IMG/VR virus record: IMGVR_UViG_3300048672_000527
Coordinates: 36,770-100,769 of that record
Strand: one strand, 5' to 3'
DNA: 64,000 nucleotides
Source: a virus
Lineage: Duplodnaviria; Heunggongvirae; Uroviricota; Caudoviricetes
Each line of letters starts with the position of its first letter. Position 1 is the first letter of the stretch. The notes under the pieces were generated by a model. It was not told the origin of the DNA, ran no database searches, and saw nothing but the letters and a program-made list of their open reading frames with translations. This document shows positions 28,181-37,565 of this stretch, in pieces. The position numbers were made by a program, and so were the translations under genes.

Positions 28181-30643
28181 ATGGCAACTACTACGACAAT
28201 CAATAAAAATACAGTAATGGTTTCTCAGGAAGCCGCTACCTTTATCCGCCCGATGAATGTAGCGGTTGCTTGTACACTTCTGAAACCAAATACAAAAATG
28301 TATGCTTTCTTTGACGGAAAGGACGTTAATCGTTACTTCCAACAAAGCGGCAAGAATCTTGGTGATCAGATGGTGTCTGATGCTAATGGTGCATTGAATG
28401 CCACATTCAATATCCCAGGTATGATGTTTAACACCGGAGAGCGCAAGCTCGTTATTTCCGAAGTTAGTACACTACCACCTGGAACAGTGTTATCTGATAA
28501 TACAGGTCACGCGGAAGCTACTTTTACAACAATCGGGTCACTTGAAAAGTGGCAGACCACTGAGAACACGATCACAACAATCGAAGAAATTGTTCGTGTT
28601 CCAGTTCCAACACCACGTAGAACTGCTGCACAACGTAGTGATCCATTAGCACAATCATTCTTCACATATGGTTTGGATGGTGGTTGCTATATTTCATCTA
28701 TTGATTTGTATTTCCAATCAAAAGATAGTACAGCTCCTGTATGGATTGAAATTCGTAAAATGAGCAACGGTGTGCCAACTAACGAATTGGTTAATGAATA
28801 CTCGATGGTCAGCTTGAATGCTAGCGCAGTTAATATTTCACAAGATTCATCTGTTGCAACTAACTTCAAATTTGATAAGTTAATTTATCTGGAGCCAGAC
28901 AAGGATTACTGCTTCGTTGTGCAGGCACGTTCCACACAATATAATATGTGGACTTGCAAGATGAGTGAAAAGTCTCTAGAAACTGGTAAAACTGTTTTTG
29001 AGCAACCTTATAATGGTTCTATGTTCAAGAGTGAAAACAATTTCACATGGACAGCAGAGCAAACAGAGGATATTAAATTCACTCTGTATAAGGCAAAGTT
29101 CAATACTGCTTTAACTGCAAATCTAAACTTCCCCATCAAGGCAAATAATGCTCTGGTTGATGGCGGCCGATTTACTTCTATCGGCGGTACCAATAAGTGC
29201 TACGTTACTCTGCCTTATAAACACGGGCTTGATCTTAACTCAAAGATTGATCTAGTTGTTGATACCGGTGGAACATATAACGGTGTATCAGGCACTTTGC
29301 TGAATGGTTCATTTAGCATATTTGAAGTGACTAACGAGTTTATTGTTGGTTTCGTTGTTCCAAGTGCGACATTCAATGCTACAGGTACGATTGATACTGG
29401 TGGTCGTGTCCGCTCGGTTTATATCACCGCAGGTGGTACAGGATATAGCACAACAACACCACCTACGGTCAGTTTTGGGGGACCAGGTTCTGGTGCAGTT
29501 GCTAGTGTTAAACTTGATTCTACCGGTGCAGTGTCTGAGATCATCATAACAACACAGGGAACTGGTTATACAACTGCACCTCAAGTCACTATCACAGGCG
29601 CGCCAGGTTCTGGTGCCACGGCCATTGCCGTTATTGATAGTGCTTTCAAAGTGCGTACAAATCGTGTATATCAAGGATTGAACCCAGCTGTTTCTATTCA
29701 GAAACCACAATCCACTGATGTAGTTGCTACTATGACCACTACACTGGGTCAATTTCCGGGTGGTAATAACACATCATATACAGCTGGTAATTCATATAAT
29801 GTGTCGTTAACAAAATTCAATCGTTTGGATAACAACTTCTTGCTTGCTTCTCCGACAAATGAAACATTGAATCTTGGTGGAGCAAACTCTGCTAATCTGA
29901 ATGTTCTGTTAACAACTACAAGTGAGAACGTCAGCCCTATTATTGATACAGCCGATTCTCGCATGTTCTTTATTGGTAACTATATCAATAACCAACAGAC
30001 AAATGAAACACTAACATCGTTAAACAGCACAGCATATCTACAGTCGTTGACTATTCAGAATGGTGGAGCTGGTTATACTTCGGTTCCAGTCGTTGCTATT
30101 ATTGGCGGTGGTGGTTCTGGTGCTACAGCTACTGCATACATTGCAAATGGACAGGTTACCAATTTGGTTATTAACTCAATTGGTTCTGGTTACACAAGCA
30201 CACCTACTGTTGTATTTTATGGTGGTGGTTTTACTACATCGGCTACTGCTCTGGCGACTATCAGTGATTTCAACACTGAACGTTCTGTTACCGGTGGCTC
30301 TGCTATGGCTCGTTATGTGTCAAAACAACAACAGATTGCAAGCATTTCAACCGCATCGCGTGTTATTGTAGAAGCATACTCAAATGGTAGTTCTTCATTT
30401 GAAGTTTACATCCGTACATCATTATCTTCGACTGGTGCAAACCACGTTTTAGCACAGTGGCAATTGCTTTCTTGTGATGTATCACGTAATAAATCTGGTC
30501 AACCTGGTGACATTCGTGAATATACATTCTACAAGGATGGTATGTCTGAATTTGATGTTTTTTCTATTAAAATCGTCATGAGATCACTAACACCATGGGA
30601 CCCACCACAAATAGCCAACTACCGCGCGGTGATCGTTGTTTGA
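28181..30643 (+). CDS. Virion structural protein (VrlC-like C-half)
   Basis: LKPNTKMYAFFDG, DPLAQSF, SSIDLYFQSK, GSMFKSEN..WT..Q.EDIKF.LY.A.F; contains GxGY repeats. Confidence 0.78.
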   Translation: MATTTTINKNTVMVSQEAATFIRPMNVAVACTLLKPNTKMYAFFDGKDVNRYFQQSGKNLGDQMVSDANGALNATFNIPGMMFNTGERKLVISEVSTLPPGTVLSDNTGHAEATFTTIGSLEKWQTTENTITTIEEIVRVPVPTPRRTAAQRSDPLAQSFFTYGLDGGCYISSIDLYFQSKDSTAPVWIEIRKMSNGVPTNELVNEYSMVSLNASAVNISQDSSVATNFKFDKLIYLEPDKDYCFVVQARSTQYNMWTCKMSEKSLETGKTVFEQPYNGSMFKSENNFTWTAEQTEDIKFTLYKAKFNTALTANLNFPIKANNALVDGGRFTSIGGTNKCYVTLPYKHGLDLNSKIDLVVDTGGTYNGVSGTLLNGSFSIFEVTNEFIVGFVVPSATFNATGTIDTGGRVRSVYITAGGTGYSTTTPPTVSFGGPGSGAVASVKLDSTGAVSEIIITTQGTGYTTAPQVTITGAPGSGATAIAVIDSAFKVRTNRVYQGLNPAVSIQKPQSTDVVATMTTTLGQFPGGNNTSYTAGNSYNVSLTKFNRLDNNFLLASPTNETLNLGGANSANLNVLLTTTSENVSPIIDTADSRMFFIGNYINNQQTNETLTSLNSTAYLQSLTIQNGGAGYTSVPVVAIIGGGGSGATATAYIANGQVTNLVINSIGSGYTSTPTVVFYGGGFTTSATALATISDFNTERSVTGGSAMARYVSKQQQIASISTASRVIVEAYSNGSSSFEVYIRTSLSSTGANHVLAQWQLLSCDVSRNKSGQPGDIREYTFYKDGMSEFDVFSIKIVMRSLTPWDPPQIANYRAVIVV

Positions 30644-30837
30644 AGATTTTAGATGCCAATGGTGCGGTAATACCCACTATTGAGCGAGCAAAAAATGGTG
30701 CCATTGTTGTCAAGGACGATGGCTCGCTTAATAAATACTTGAGTGAAAAAAAGCAAGCAACGGAAGTCGTGGAACTGAGAGACAAAGTTAAACGACTTGA
30801 ATCTCTCGTAGAACAATTACTGAAAAAACATGGCTAA
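30640..30837 (+). CDS. Small coiled-coil virion-associated protein
   Basis: TTG 30640 overlapping the upstream stop; R..NGAIV..D..Y motif and C-terminal heptads. Confidence 0.6.
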   Translation: MKILDANGAVIPTIERAKNGAIVVKDDGSLNKYLSEKKQATEVVELRDKVKRLESLVEQLLKKHG

Positions 30838-31450
30838 TCTTACATACCGAAACTCAGCAACACCATCTATACCAGGGAGTACGACCGTTAAAGGACTACC
30901 TCTGAGTAATGATGAAATTGACGCCAATTTTAAAGCTATTAATGACGAAGTTGCCACCAAGGCTAATATATCTGCTTTAGCTGGTTATACACCATTAGCC
31001 GGTACAGGAGCAACAGGTATATGGGGTATCAGTATCAGTGGTAATGCTGCTACTGCAAGTTCTGTTACTGGTTCACAAGCTACTCTGTTAACTCGTCTCG
31101 AAGCCAATCTCGATAATAAGCGAGTTGTTACGGCCAGTACGACAACTACAACAATTGATTTCAATAACCCAGTTGACAAGGCCACGTTTATTAAATTGAC
31201 TATGGCTAGCAACACAACTCTGACGTTTACCAATATTCCTACAGGCGGTTCTGGTGAAGTCTTTAGCTGGACCATGGAAGTAGTCAATGATACAACTGCG
31301 GGGCGTGCATTGGCATTTGGTAATACAATTAAGTGGGCTGGTGGTATTTTGCCACCAAGAACCACCGCCGCAAATGCCGTGGATATTTGGTCATTCTTTT
31401 ACGAGAATTCTGTACTTTATGGTTCTCTAGCTATTGCTGATGCAAAATGA
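30830..31450 (+). CDS. Tail-fibre-associated protein
   Basis: N-terminal KGLPLSNDEIDANF anchor; C-terminal KWAGG..P..T....D..SFF domain shared with 36894..37565. Confidence 0.7.
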   Translation: MANLTYRNSATPSIPGSTTVKGLPLSNDEIDANFKAINDEVATKANISALAGYTPLAGTGATGIWGISISGNAATASSVTGSQATLLTRLEANLDNKRVVTASTTTTTIDFNNPVDKATFIKLTMASNTTLTFTNIPTGGSGEVFSWTMEVVNDTTAGRALAFGNTIKWAGGILPPRTTAANAVDIWSFFYENSVLYGSLAIADAK

Positions 31451-32430
31451 GTTTAGGTAAACTTCTTTTTCGTGAAAAAACTAATGCAGCTGTTAAAACT
31501 AACACTACGTTTAATGCACCCGGAAATTTCCCGATTCCATATGGTAAAACAGTAGTTAATGTTGGCGGACGTGGTGCTAGCGGTAACACAACGACGTATC
31601 CGTATGCCAGCACTAACCCTACCACATATCCATATGTGAGTACAAACCCGTCCGCGCCTGGCAATGCATATTACAACTATGTGGCTGGTAATGATGTATA
31701 TACGACATCACCAGGTAATGCAAAATACAACACAACACCTGGAACAGCTAATTATAATTATGTAGCAGCAAGTTACCCATACGCGAGTACTAACCCTACT
31801 ACATATCCATATGCTGGTACTAATGCTACGATGTATGCAGGTGGTTCGTCCGTTGATACCGAATACTTAAATCCAGGGGCCCCACCAAATATCTATGGTG
31901 CCGCAGGACCAAATTGGGGTCCTGCTGCTTCTGTTCCATCCCCAACAACTAATACTGCCGGGGCTTCTAACGGGCCTGTGTATAGAACTATCTATACATA
32001 CTATAATGTTAATTCAACTACACCAGGTGGTCCAACATATAATACCGTAGCTGGAACAGCTAATTATAATTATGTAGCAGCAAGTTATCCGTATGCTAGC
32101 ACTAACCCTACTACATATCCGTATGCTGGTAGCAATCCTACTACATACCCGTACAGTTATACTAATCCCGCTTCATACCCATATGCAGGAACTAACCCAG
32201 CAACACCGGGAAATGCTAATTATAGTACATCCCCGGGAAATGCTAATTATAACTATATCCCTGGTAATTCAGGATCAACTGTAAATATCGGTGGGGTTAC
32301 ATTCCCAGGTGGAGCAAGTGATTCTTTAGCACCAGTTGTTCCAGATACTGCCACTATTTTACAGTATTCTGTATCAGGTTTTACAGTTACAGTGCCACCA
32401 GGGGGTTATGTCACAATTCAGAATGTTTAA
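31447..32430 (+). CDS. Tyr/Pro/Thr/Asn repeat protein (putative fibre-tip or modified substrate)
   Basis: Eight (T/S)YPY(A/V/S)xxN(P/A) decamers and six (P/A)G(N/T)AxY motifs between beta-rich termini. Confidence 0.8.
   Translation: MSLGKLLFREKTNAAVKTNTTFNAPGNFPIPYGKTVVNVGGRGASGNTTTYPYASTNPTTYPYVSTNPSAPGNAYYNYVAGNDVYTTSPGNAKYNTTPGTANYNYVAASYPYASTNPTTYPYAGTNATMYAGGSSVDTEYLNPGAPPNIYGAAGPNWGPAASVPSPTTNTAGASNGPVYRTIYTYYNVNSTTPGGPTYNTVAGTANYNYVAASYPYASTNPTTYPYAGSNPTTYPYSYTNPASYPYAGTNPATPGNANYSTSPGNANYNYIPGNSGSTVNIGGVTFPGGASDSLAPVVPDTATILQYSVSGFTVTVPPGGYVTIQNV
31741..32133 (+). repeat. Intragenic direct repeat
   Basis: GGAACAGCTAATTATAATTATGTAGCAGCAAGTTA (35 nt) exact at 31741 and 32053, continuing as a synonymously diverged repeat. 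Confidence 0.85.
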
Positions 32431-32439
32431 GGAGTTATT

Positions 32440-33039
32440 ATGTTATTTGGAAAATTTGTTCCACGTATGGAACCTTTTTGTATATGGGGTGAAGGATTTG
32501 ATTTGGAACAATGTGATAGAATCAAACAACACGGTGAAATGTCAGAATTCATGAAGGCCAGAGTTGGTGGTCGCGGCCCCGATGATATTGGCCAACAAGA
32601 TGAAGCAATCAGAAAAACAGATATTACATGGATAGACCACAGAGAAGATACAGCATGGATTTTTAATAGGATAAATGAAATTGGTGCAATTGTAAACTAT
32701 GACAAATTTCACCTCGATTTAAAATTCTTTGACGGATTCCAATATTCTAAGTATGGAGTAGCTGGTCATTATGATTGGCACATCGACACTTTTGAAAACC
32801 CAAGAGAAGGTAATTTTAGAAAACTATCATTTTCTTTAATGCTTTCAGATCCAAATGAATATGAAGGTGGCGAATTGCTACTTTGCCCAAACGGTGATAA
32901 TAATAAGCCAATTACACTAAAACCAAAAAAGGGTGAATTGGTTGCATTTTATTCTCATGTACCACACAAAGTTGCACCTGTCACCAGTGGTGAAAGAATT
33001 ACTTTAGTAACATGGGCTCTAGGACCTAAGATAAAATGA
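32440..33039 (+). CDS. 2OG-Fe(II) oxygenase, prolyl-4-hydroxylase/PKHD type
   Basis: YDWHIDT (HxD), RKLSFSLML, YEGGEL, PHKVAPVTSGERITLVTW (distal His, 2OG-binding Arg); AAGGAG RBS. Confidence 0.92.
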   Translation: MLFGKFVPRMEPFCIWGEGFDLEQCDRIKQHGEMSEFMKARVGGRGPDDIGQQDEAIRKTDITWIDHREDTAWIFNRINEIGAIVNYDKFHLDLKFFDGFQYSKYGVAGHYDWHIDTFENPREGNFRKLSFSLMLSDPNEYEGGELLLCPNGDNNKPITLKPKKGELVAFYSHVPHKVAPVTSGERITLVTWALGPKIK

Positions 33040-33761
33040 TTAGTATTTTTAAGAATGATATAATTGAATTTTTCTGTACACCTGATAAATTTGATGTGAT
33101 TCCCAAACCAATTCCTGCATTCAAGATGATTCCAGAATGGTTTAAAAAGATACAACCAACGAGTGCTGATAATCTAAGGGATCATGCAGGTGCAAAATCA
33201 ATGACTGCTAAAAAGTGTATGCCATTACTTGATGCAATGTCAACTGGATATATTATTCCATTATTTGCAGATATTAATGTGCGCACCAATAAGGATGGAT
33301 CCTTGATAGAAATTGGACCACCAAACTTGTTTGGTGATGTTATATCGTTTCACGACAAGGAGCAACTTGGGGGAAAAACATCACCAACATATCCAGGTAA
33401 TGCAATCAAATTTATTAACCACTGGGTTATTAAAACTGCTCCAGGTTATAGCACACTATTTGTTCCACCATTAAATCATATTGAACCACGATTCACGTGT
33501 CTTAGTGGTCTAGTTGATACTGATACGTATGTAAAGGAAGTTAATTTTCCGGCTATTTGGCACGCCAAAGATTATGACGGTCTTGTGACTGCTGGTACAC
33601 CATTAGTCACAGTTATACCTGTTAAAAGATCTGATTTAACAAGTGAAGCACCTGTCCGAGTGATGTCTGAAAAAGAACGTCTGAATATTATTAAGATTCA
33701 AAATCAACAAGCAACAAGACGTCATGTTTATACTAATAAATTGAGAGAACCTAGAAAATGA
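33036..33761 (+). CDS. Conserved phage protein, paralogue A (DUF6065-like, uncertain)
   Basis: IPEWFKK, KKCMP.LDAM.TGYIIP, KFINHWVIKTAPGYS.LF.PP, GLVDTD, AGTPL..VIP. Confidence 0.7.
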   Translation: MISIFKNDIIEFFCTPDKFDVIPKPIPAFKMIPEWFKKIQPTSADNLRDHAGAKSMTAKKCMPLLDAMSTGYIIPLFADINVRTNKDGSLIEIGPPNLFGDVISFHDKEQLGGKTSPTYPGNAIKFINHWVIKTAPGYSTLFVPPLNHIEPRFTCLSGLVDTDTYVKEVNFPAIWHAKDYDGLVTAGTPLVTVIPVKRSDLTSEAPVRVMSEKERLNIIKIQNQQATRRHVYTNKLREPRK

Positions 33762-34516
33762 GTTGGTTTAAAAAAGATACACCTAAGTTTAGATTTAAAT
33801 CATTTATTGGTGATTTTTCTGTAGCTACACCAGTGACAACTGCTAGTAGTATTCGGACACCGTGGATGAAAAAGCAAGATAAAGATCACAAGTTCCAGAA
33901 ATGTCCTGGAATGTTAGATTACGCGAATGCTGGATATATAATCACAGCACATGCTGATATTCACATTAAGGCTAATAAAGTAGCATGTAATGTTATCGTA
34001 GAATCCGCACATTTACCGCCACATGAAGGTGAAATGTTAATCCCAAGACCATTTGATTTTAAAATAGTCGAGGGACTTGCACCAATACAAGATGGTGTTG
34101 TAAAGTGGGCCGGGAAAATTCCACTACCATGGTCAGTTCAGGCTGACAAAGGTTGGAGCGGTTATACAATGCCAGCTCTAGTTCATTCTAATTTTTTAGA
34201 TAAAATCTTTGTTTATCCCGGCGTAGTTGATTATGATAATTTTCACACATTGAATTTTGTATTTTCGCCTATCAAAGAGTGTGAATTTACTATTCCAGCG
34301 GGAACTCCATTATTACAGATTATTCCATTCAAACGTGAAAAGGTTTTTGCTGCAGAGTGTGGTAAAGCTACGGAAAAGGAAAAAGATAAACACTTATTCA
34401 ATACTGCTTCACGGTTGAGTCATTATTACAGAAAATTTTTAAGTAGTAAGAAACAATACACAATGGAGTGCCCATATAAACACCGTGAAGTAGGCGGTGC
34501 AGATAATCTTGGCTAA
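33758..34516 (+). CDS. Conserved phage protein, paralogue B (DUF6065-like, uncertain)
   Basis: KCPGMLDY..AGYII, KIPLPW, PGVVDYD, AGTPLLQIIPFKRE; same motif order as 33036. Confidence 0.7.
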   Translation: MSWFKKDTPKFRFKSFIGDFSVATPVTTASSIRTPWMKKQDKDHKFQKCPGMLDYANAGYIITAHADIHIKANKVACNVIVESAHLPPHEGEMLIPRPFDFKIVEGLAPIQDGVVKWAGKIPLPWSVQADKGWSGYTMPALVHSNFLDKIFVYPGVVDYDNFHTLNFVFSPIKECEFTIPAGTPLLQIIPFKREKVFAAECGKATEKEKDKHLFNTASRLSHYYRKFLSSKKQYTMECPYKHREVGGADNLG

Positions 34517-35456
34517 TATATACGTTAGTGTTTGTAGCTACCGTGATCCGTTATTATTCCAGACTGTTGCTAGTTTATTAAGTACAGTCTCTGGGAAACA
34601 CAATGTAGTAATTGGTATATTCGAGCAAACAGCACTTCAAGATTCTTTAGTTAAAACTCACCCCGAGTTACTAGAGAAATTTGACTGCACAGAAAATATT
34701 GAATATCAGAGTAGTATCAAGTTGGGGGTTCTTTACAAGAGAATTGATCCAGAATATTCTGATGGTGTTGGTTGGGCCCGAAATATTAACCAGCATCAAA
34801 TGGACCCGTCAATGTATGATTTCGTATATCAAGTTGACTCACACATGATATTTGATAAAAATTGGGATGATTTTCTAGTTCAAAACTATACTGCAGCAAC
34901 GGTTCTTGCCGGTCACAAAAATGTAATAATCACAAACACTTGTAAAGTATTTTGGTTTGAAACTGAACAGCTAATAGTTCAACCCACTGAACCAACTGGT
35001 GGGATGTGTAAATTTCAACACGAGTTCCCTAAAAATTGCATAGTGACCGCTACTGGTGTACATCGACCAGTGTGGCCATTAGAAGAAGCAAATCATTTAT
35101 TTGCAGGTAATTCATTTTTCCCTGTTTCTTGGGTCAATGAAGTCGGTAATGACCCGATTATGTTCTTTGATGGCGAAGAACATCTTTTGACACTCAGATC
35201 GTTTCTTGCCGGCTATAGAATGTACTTCAGTACTGAACTGTGGTCTTATCACTATAGAGATACACATAAATATATCACCAAACAGTGGCATGAACCGATT
35301 ACTTCTACATTAAGATATTGTAGGAATGTTCAGAGAAGTCAGAAAAGACTCAAAGAATATATTGATTCACGCTCTGATGATGAATTAAAACAATTTGCAG
35401 ATTATACGGGAATTGATTATAAGAACCGCATAATTTTAGATAAGGCACGAATATGA
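34497..35456 (+). CDS. GT-A glycosyltransferase, GT60 / Skp1-hydroxyproline GlcNAc-transferase-like
   Basis: IYVSVCSYRDP, GVGWAR, QVDSHMIFDKNWD (DxH), LFAGNSFF, DP.MFFDGEE..LTLRSF..GY match the pattern I recall for GT60 (Pfam GlcNAc) enzymes. Confidence 0.82.
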   Translation: MQIILANIYVSVCSYRDPLLFQTVASLLSTVSGKHNVVIGIFEQTALQDSLVKTHPELLEKFDCTENIEYQSSIKLGVLYKRIDPEYSDGVGWARNINQHQMDPSMYDFVYQVDSHMIFDKNWDDFLVQNYTAATVLAGHKNVIITNTCKVFWFETEQLIVQPTEPTGGMCKFQHEFPKNCIVTATGVHRPVWPLEEANHLFAGNSFFPVSWVNEVGNDPIMFFDGEEHLLTLRSFLAGYRMYFSTELWSYHYRDTHKYITKQWHEPITSTLRYCRNVQRSQKRLKEYIDSRSDDELKQFADYTGIDYKNRIILDKARI

Positions 35457-35872
35457 ATTCTAAATGGTACATCCGTTGTAATTTGAAAACAAAGACAGCA
35501 GAGAATTTCCAACAAATTCCAGAGACGTTTTTGAACATATCTGGTATGTCGGATTTGTCTGACGAAGACTTGGCTGACTTATCTTGGGCGGGTAACCCTG
35601 ATTACGGATTTCTTACGGAAGAGGCAGCAGTTGCTGCAAAGATTAAGGGTATTGATTATGTAAAGGGTGTTGGTAATGAACTTAGAATTCAACAGATTAG
35701 ACAAACTAGAGATGCTTTACTATACCAATCTGATGCGTTGGTATTGATCGACCGCTGGGAGACTTATACACCAGAAACCAAGGCAAAAATCTCCGAATAC
35801 CGTAAGGCGCTACGTGATTTAACAGACAATATCAACCCGGATAATTTCACATGGCCGACTCTAGCACCATAA
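35453..35872 (+). CDS. Tail-fibre assembly chaperone-like protein
   Basis: C-terminal IR..RD.LL..SD...YRKALRDL....WP motif. Confidence 0.8.
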   Translation: MNSKWYIRCNLKTKTAENFQQIPETFLNISGMSDLSDEDLADLSWAGNPDYGFLTEEAAVAAKIKGIDYVKGVGNELRIQQIRQTRDALLYQSDALVLIDRWETYTPETKAKISEYRKALRDLTDNINPDNFTWPTLAP

Positions 35873-36075
35873 TCGACGATGTCGGCGGAAGAAAATTCAT
35901 TATATCTTTACTGATAGTATTAGCTGCCACCGTTCTTTGCTGGTTTGGTAAAGTAAATGAAGGCGTGTATTCCACTATTATTATTGCAATTGCTACTCTT
36001 TATATCGGTGGTAACGTTTACCAGCATATAAATACTTCAGTAGGTACGAATACCAGTACGCAGGTAAGTAAATGA
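35851..36075 (+). CDS. Holin-like two-TM protein
   Basis: GRKF motif, two hydrophobic helices, YIGGNV. Confidence 0.55.
   Translation: MADSSTIIDDVGGRKFIISLLIVLAATVLCWFGKVNEGVYSTIIIAIATLYIGGNVYQHINTSVGTNTSTQVSK
36027..36034 (+). promoter_or_regulatory. Candidate late promoter (TATAAATA)
   Basis: Exact consensus 38 nt upstream of ATG 36072. Confidence 0.5.
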
Positions 36076-36494
36076 ATATTTTGGAGCGTTTCATCAGCAA
36101 GCTCGATGTTAGAGGGGTTATGCATTTAAGCATACTGATTACGTCGAGTTGGTTAGTGATGCTCGGATGCCTTGAGTGGATTAATATCTACATGATGGGT
36201 TTTACCCTGAATGATCACATGAATGCGCTGGTAGTTCACCCAATTAAATTCGATTACATTCAAAATTGGTTAACTATCATATGGGCAGCACATTTACCAC
36301 TTATAACAATAAAGAAACGTCCCCGCATACTGTCTCGACTGACTGCGGGAATCCTTTCAACACATTGGGTATTGTTTGCTACAACAATAACCTATTCTAC
36401 ATGGTACGATATGAGCGTTAAGGTTGTACTATGGATATTCGCGGCACTAGTCATTTTAACCAACTTCAGAGTGGAGATGGGCGATGACTTTTGA
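36072..36494 (+). CDS. Multi-pass membrane protein
   Basis: Three to four hydrophobic segments. Confidence 0.7.
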   Translation: MNILERFISKLDVRGVMHLSILITSSWLVMLGCLEWINIYMMGFTLNDHMNALVVHPIKFDYIQNWLTIIWAAHLPLITIKKRPRILSRLTAGILSTHWVLFATTITYSTWYDMSVKVVLWIFAALVILTNFRVEMGDDF

Positions 36495-36894
36495 AAATGA
36501 TAACATTGTTCTATTTGGTAGTTTAGCGGCATCTGTTCCATTACTGGTAGCAATAATATCCAAGGTTTATAAGAATGTCCGTACCGATAGTGCTTCACTA
36601 GTTGGTATACAAAGTGATGCGCAACGGATCAAGGATATGCAAGAATCTTTGCGTCTTAAGGATCAAAAGATTGATGAAAAAGATGCACTGATATCAAAGC
36701 TTGTAGAGGATAAGGTTGATCTATCTGGTAAGGTAGGTAAACTTGAAACTGAACTAGCACACGCTATGGAACAAATTGCATATTTGACTAACTTAGTTGA
36801 ATATCTGGTCAAACAAAACGGGGGAAAGATTCCTCTAGACTTGGTAATTCAAGGAGCTAAATTCCACGATATGCTTGACAGAGAAGGTGACTAA
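36484..36894 (+). CDS. N-terminal TM anchor + coiled-coil protein
   Basis: Hydrophobic residues 8-26 followed by heptad-rich helix. Confidence 0.7.
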   Translation: MTFENDNIVLFGSLAASVPLLVAIISKVYKNVRTDSASLVGIQSDAQRIKDMQESLRLKDQKIDEKDALISKLVEDKVDLSGKVGKLETELAHAMEQIAYLTNLVEYLVKQNGGKIPLDLVIQGAKFHDMLDREGD

Positions 36895-37565
36895 TGGCCA
36901 AAATAGTTGCCGATCGTGTCTTAGAGACAAGCACCACAACTGGCACCGGAGCCTATACACTAGCTGGAGCTATTAGCGGATTCCGTGCATTCTCAGCTGT
37001 ATGTGCCAATGCCGATACAGTTGAATACTATGCCGAGGATGTTAATGCATCTGGTATGCCTGCTGGCGGGTGGGAGGTTGGTTTAGGTACCTGGGGTACA
37101 GGTGGAGTTCTAACACGAACTACAATATACCAAAGTAGTAATGCGGGGGCTGCTGTATCTTGGACTGCAGGAACACGCCGGATTGGTTTAGTAGTTCCAG
37201 CAAAATCATTACCATATCTTGATAACACCGGAAATTTGGTATTAAGTCAAGGTGCTTTAAGAGAGAAGACCGGTACAATCACCGCTAATAACATTGATTT
37301 AAGTACCGGTAATTACTTTGCACAAACAATATCTGGTTCTACCACTTTCACGGTTTCAAATACTGCTGCATCAGGAACAATCTCAAGTTTCATTTTTGAT
37401 CTCACCAACGGTGGTTCAGCTGCTATTACTTGGTGGTCTGGCGTTAAATGGGCGGGTGGTGCTGCACCAACACTAACCGCTGCCGGGCGAGATGTTCTTG
37501 GATTCTTTACACGTGACGGCGGTACTACTTGGACGGGCCTAGTATTGGGTAAGGATGTTAAGTAA
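36894..37565 (+). CDS. Tail-fibre-associated protein
   Basis: ADRVLETSTTTGTGAYTLAGA..GF N-terminus, WEVGLGT, C-terminal KWAGGAAPTLT..GRD.LGFFT domain. Confidence 0.75.
   Translation: MAKIVADRVLETSTTTGTGAYTLAGAISGFRAFSAVCANADTVEYYAEDVNASGMPAGGWEVGLGTWGTGGVLTRTTIYQSSNAGAAVSWTAGTRRIGLVVPAKSLPYLDNTGNLVLSQGALREKTGTITANNIDLSTGNYFAQTISGSTTFTVSNTAASGTISSFIFDLTNGGSAAITWWSGVKWAGGAAPTLTAAGRDVLGFFTRDGGTTWTGLVLGKDVK

Noticed and set aside
31447-32430. Repeats as a CRISPR array or DGR template/variable pair
   Set aside because: The repeats are in-frame coding units with synonymous divergence and no unique spacers; differences are not adenine-restricted and there is no reverse transcriptase in the window.
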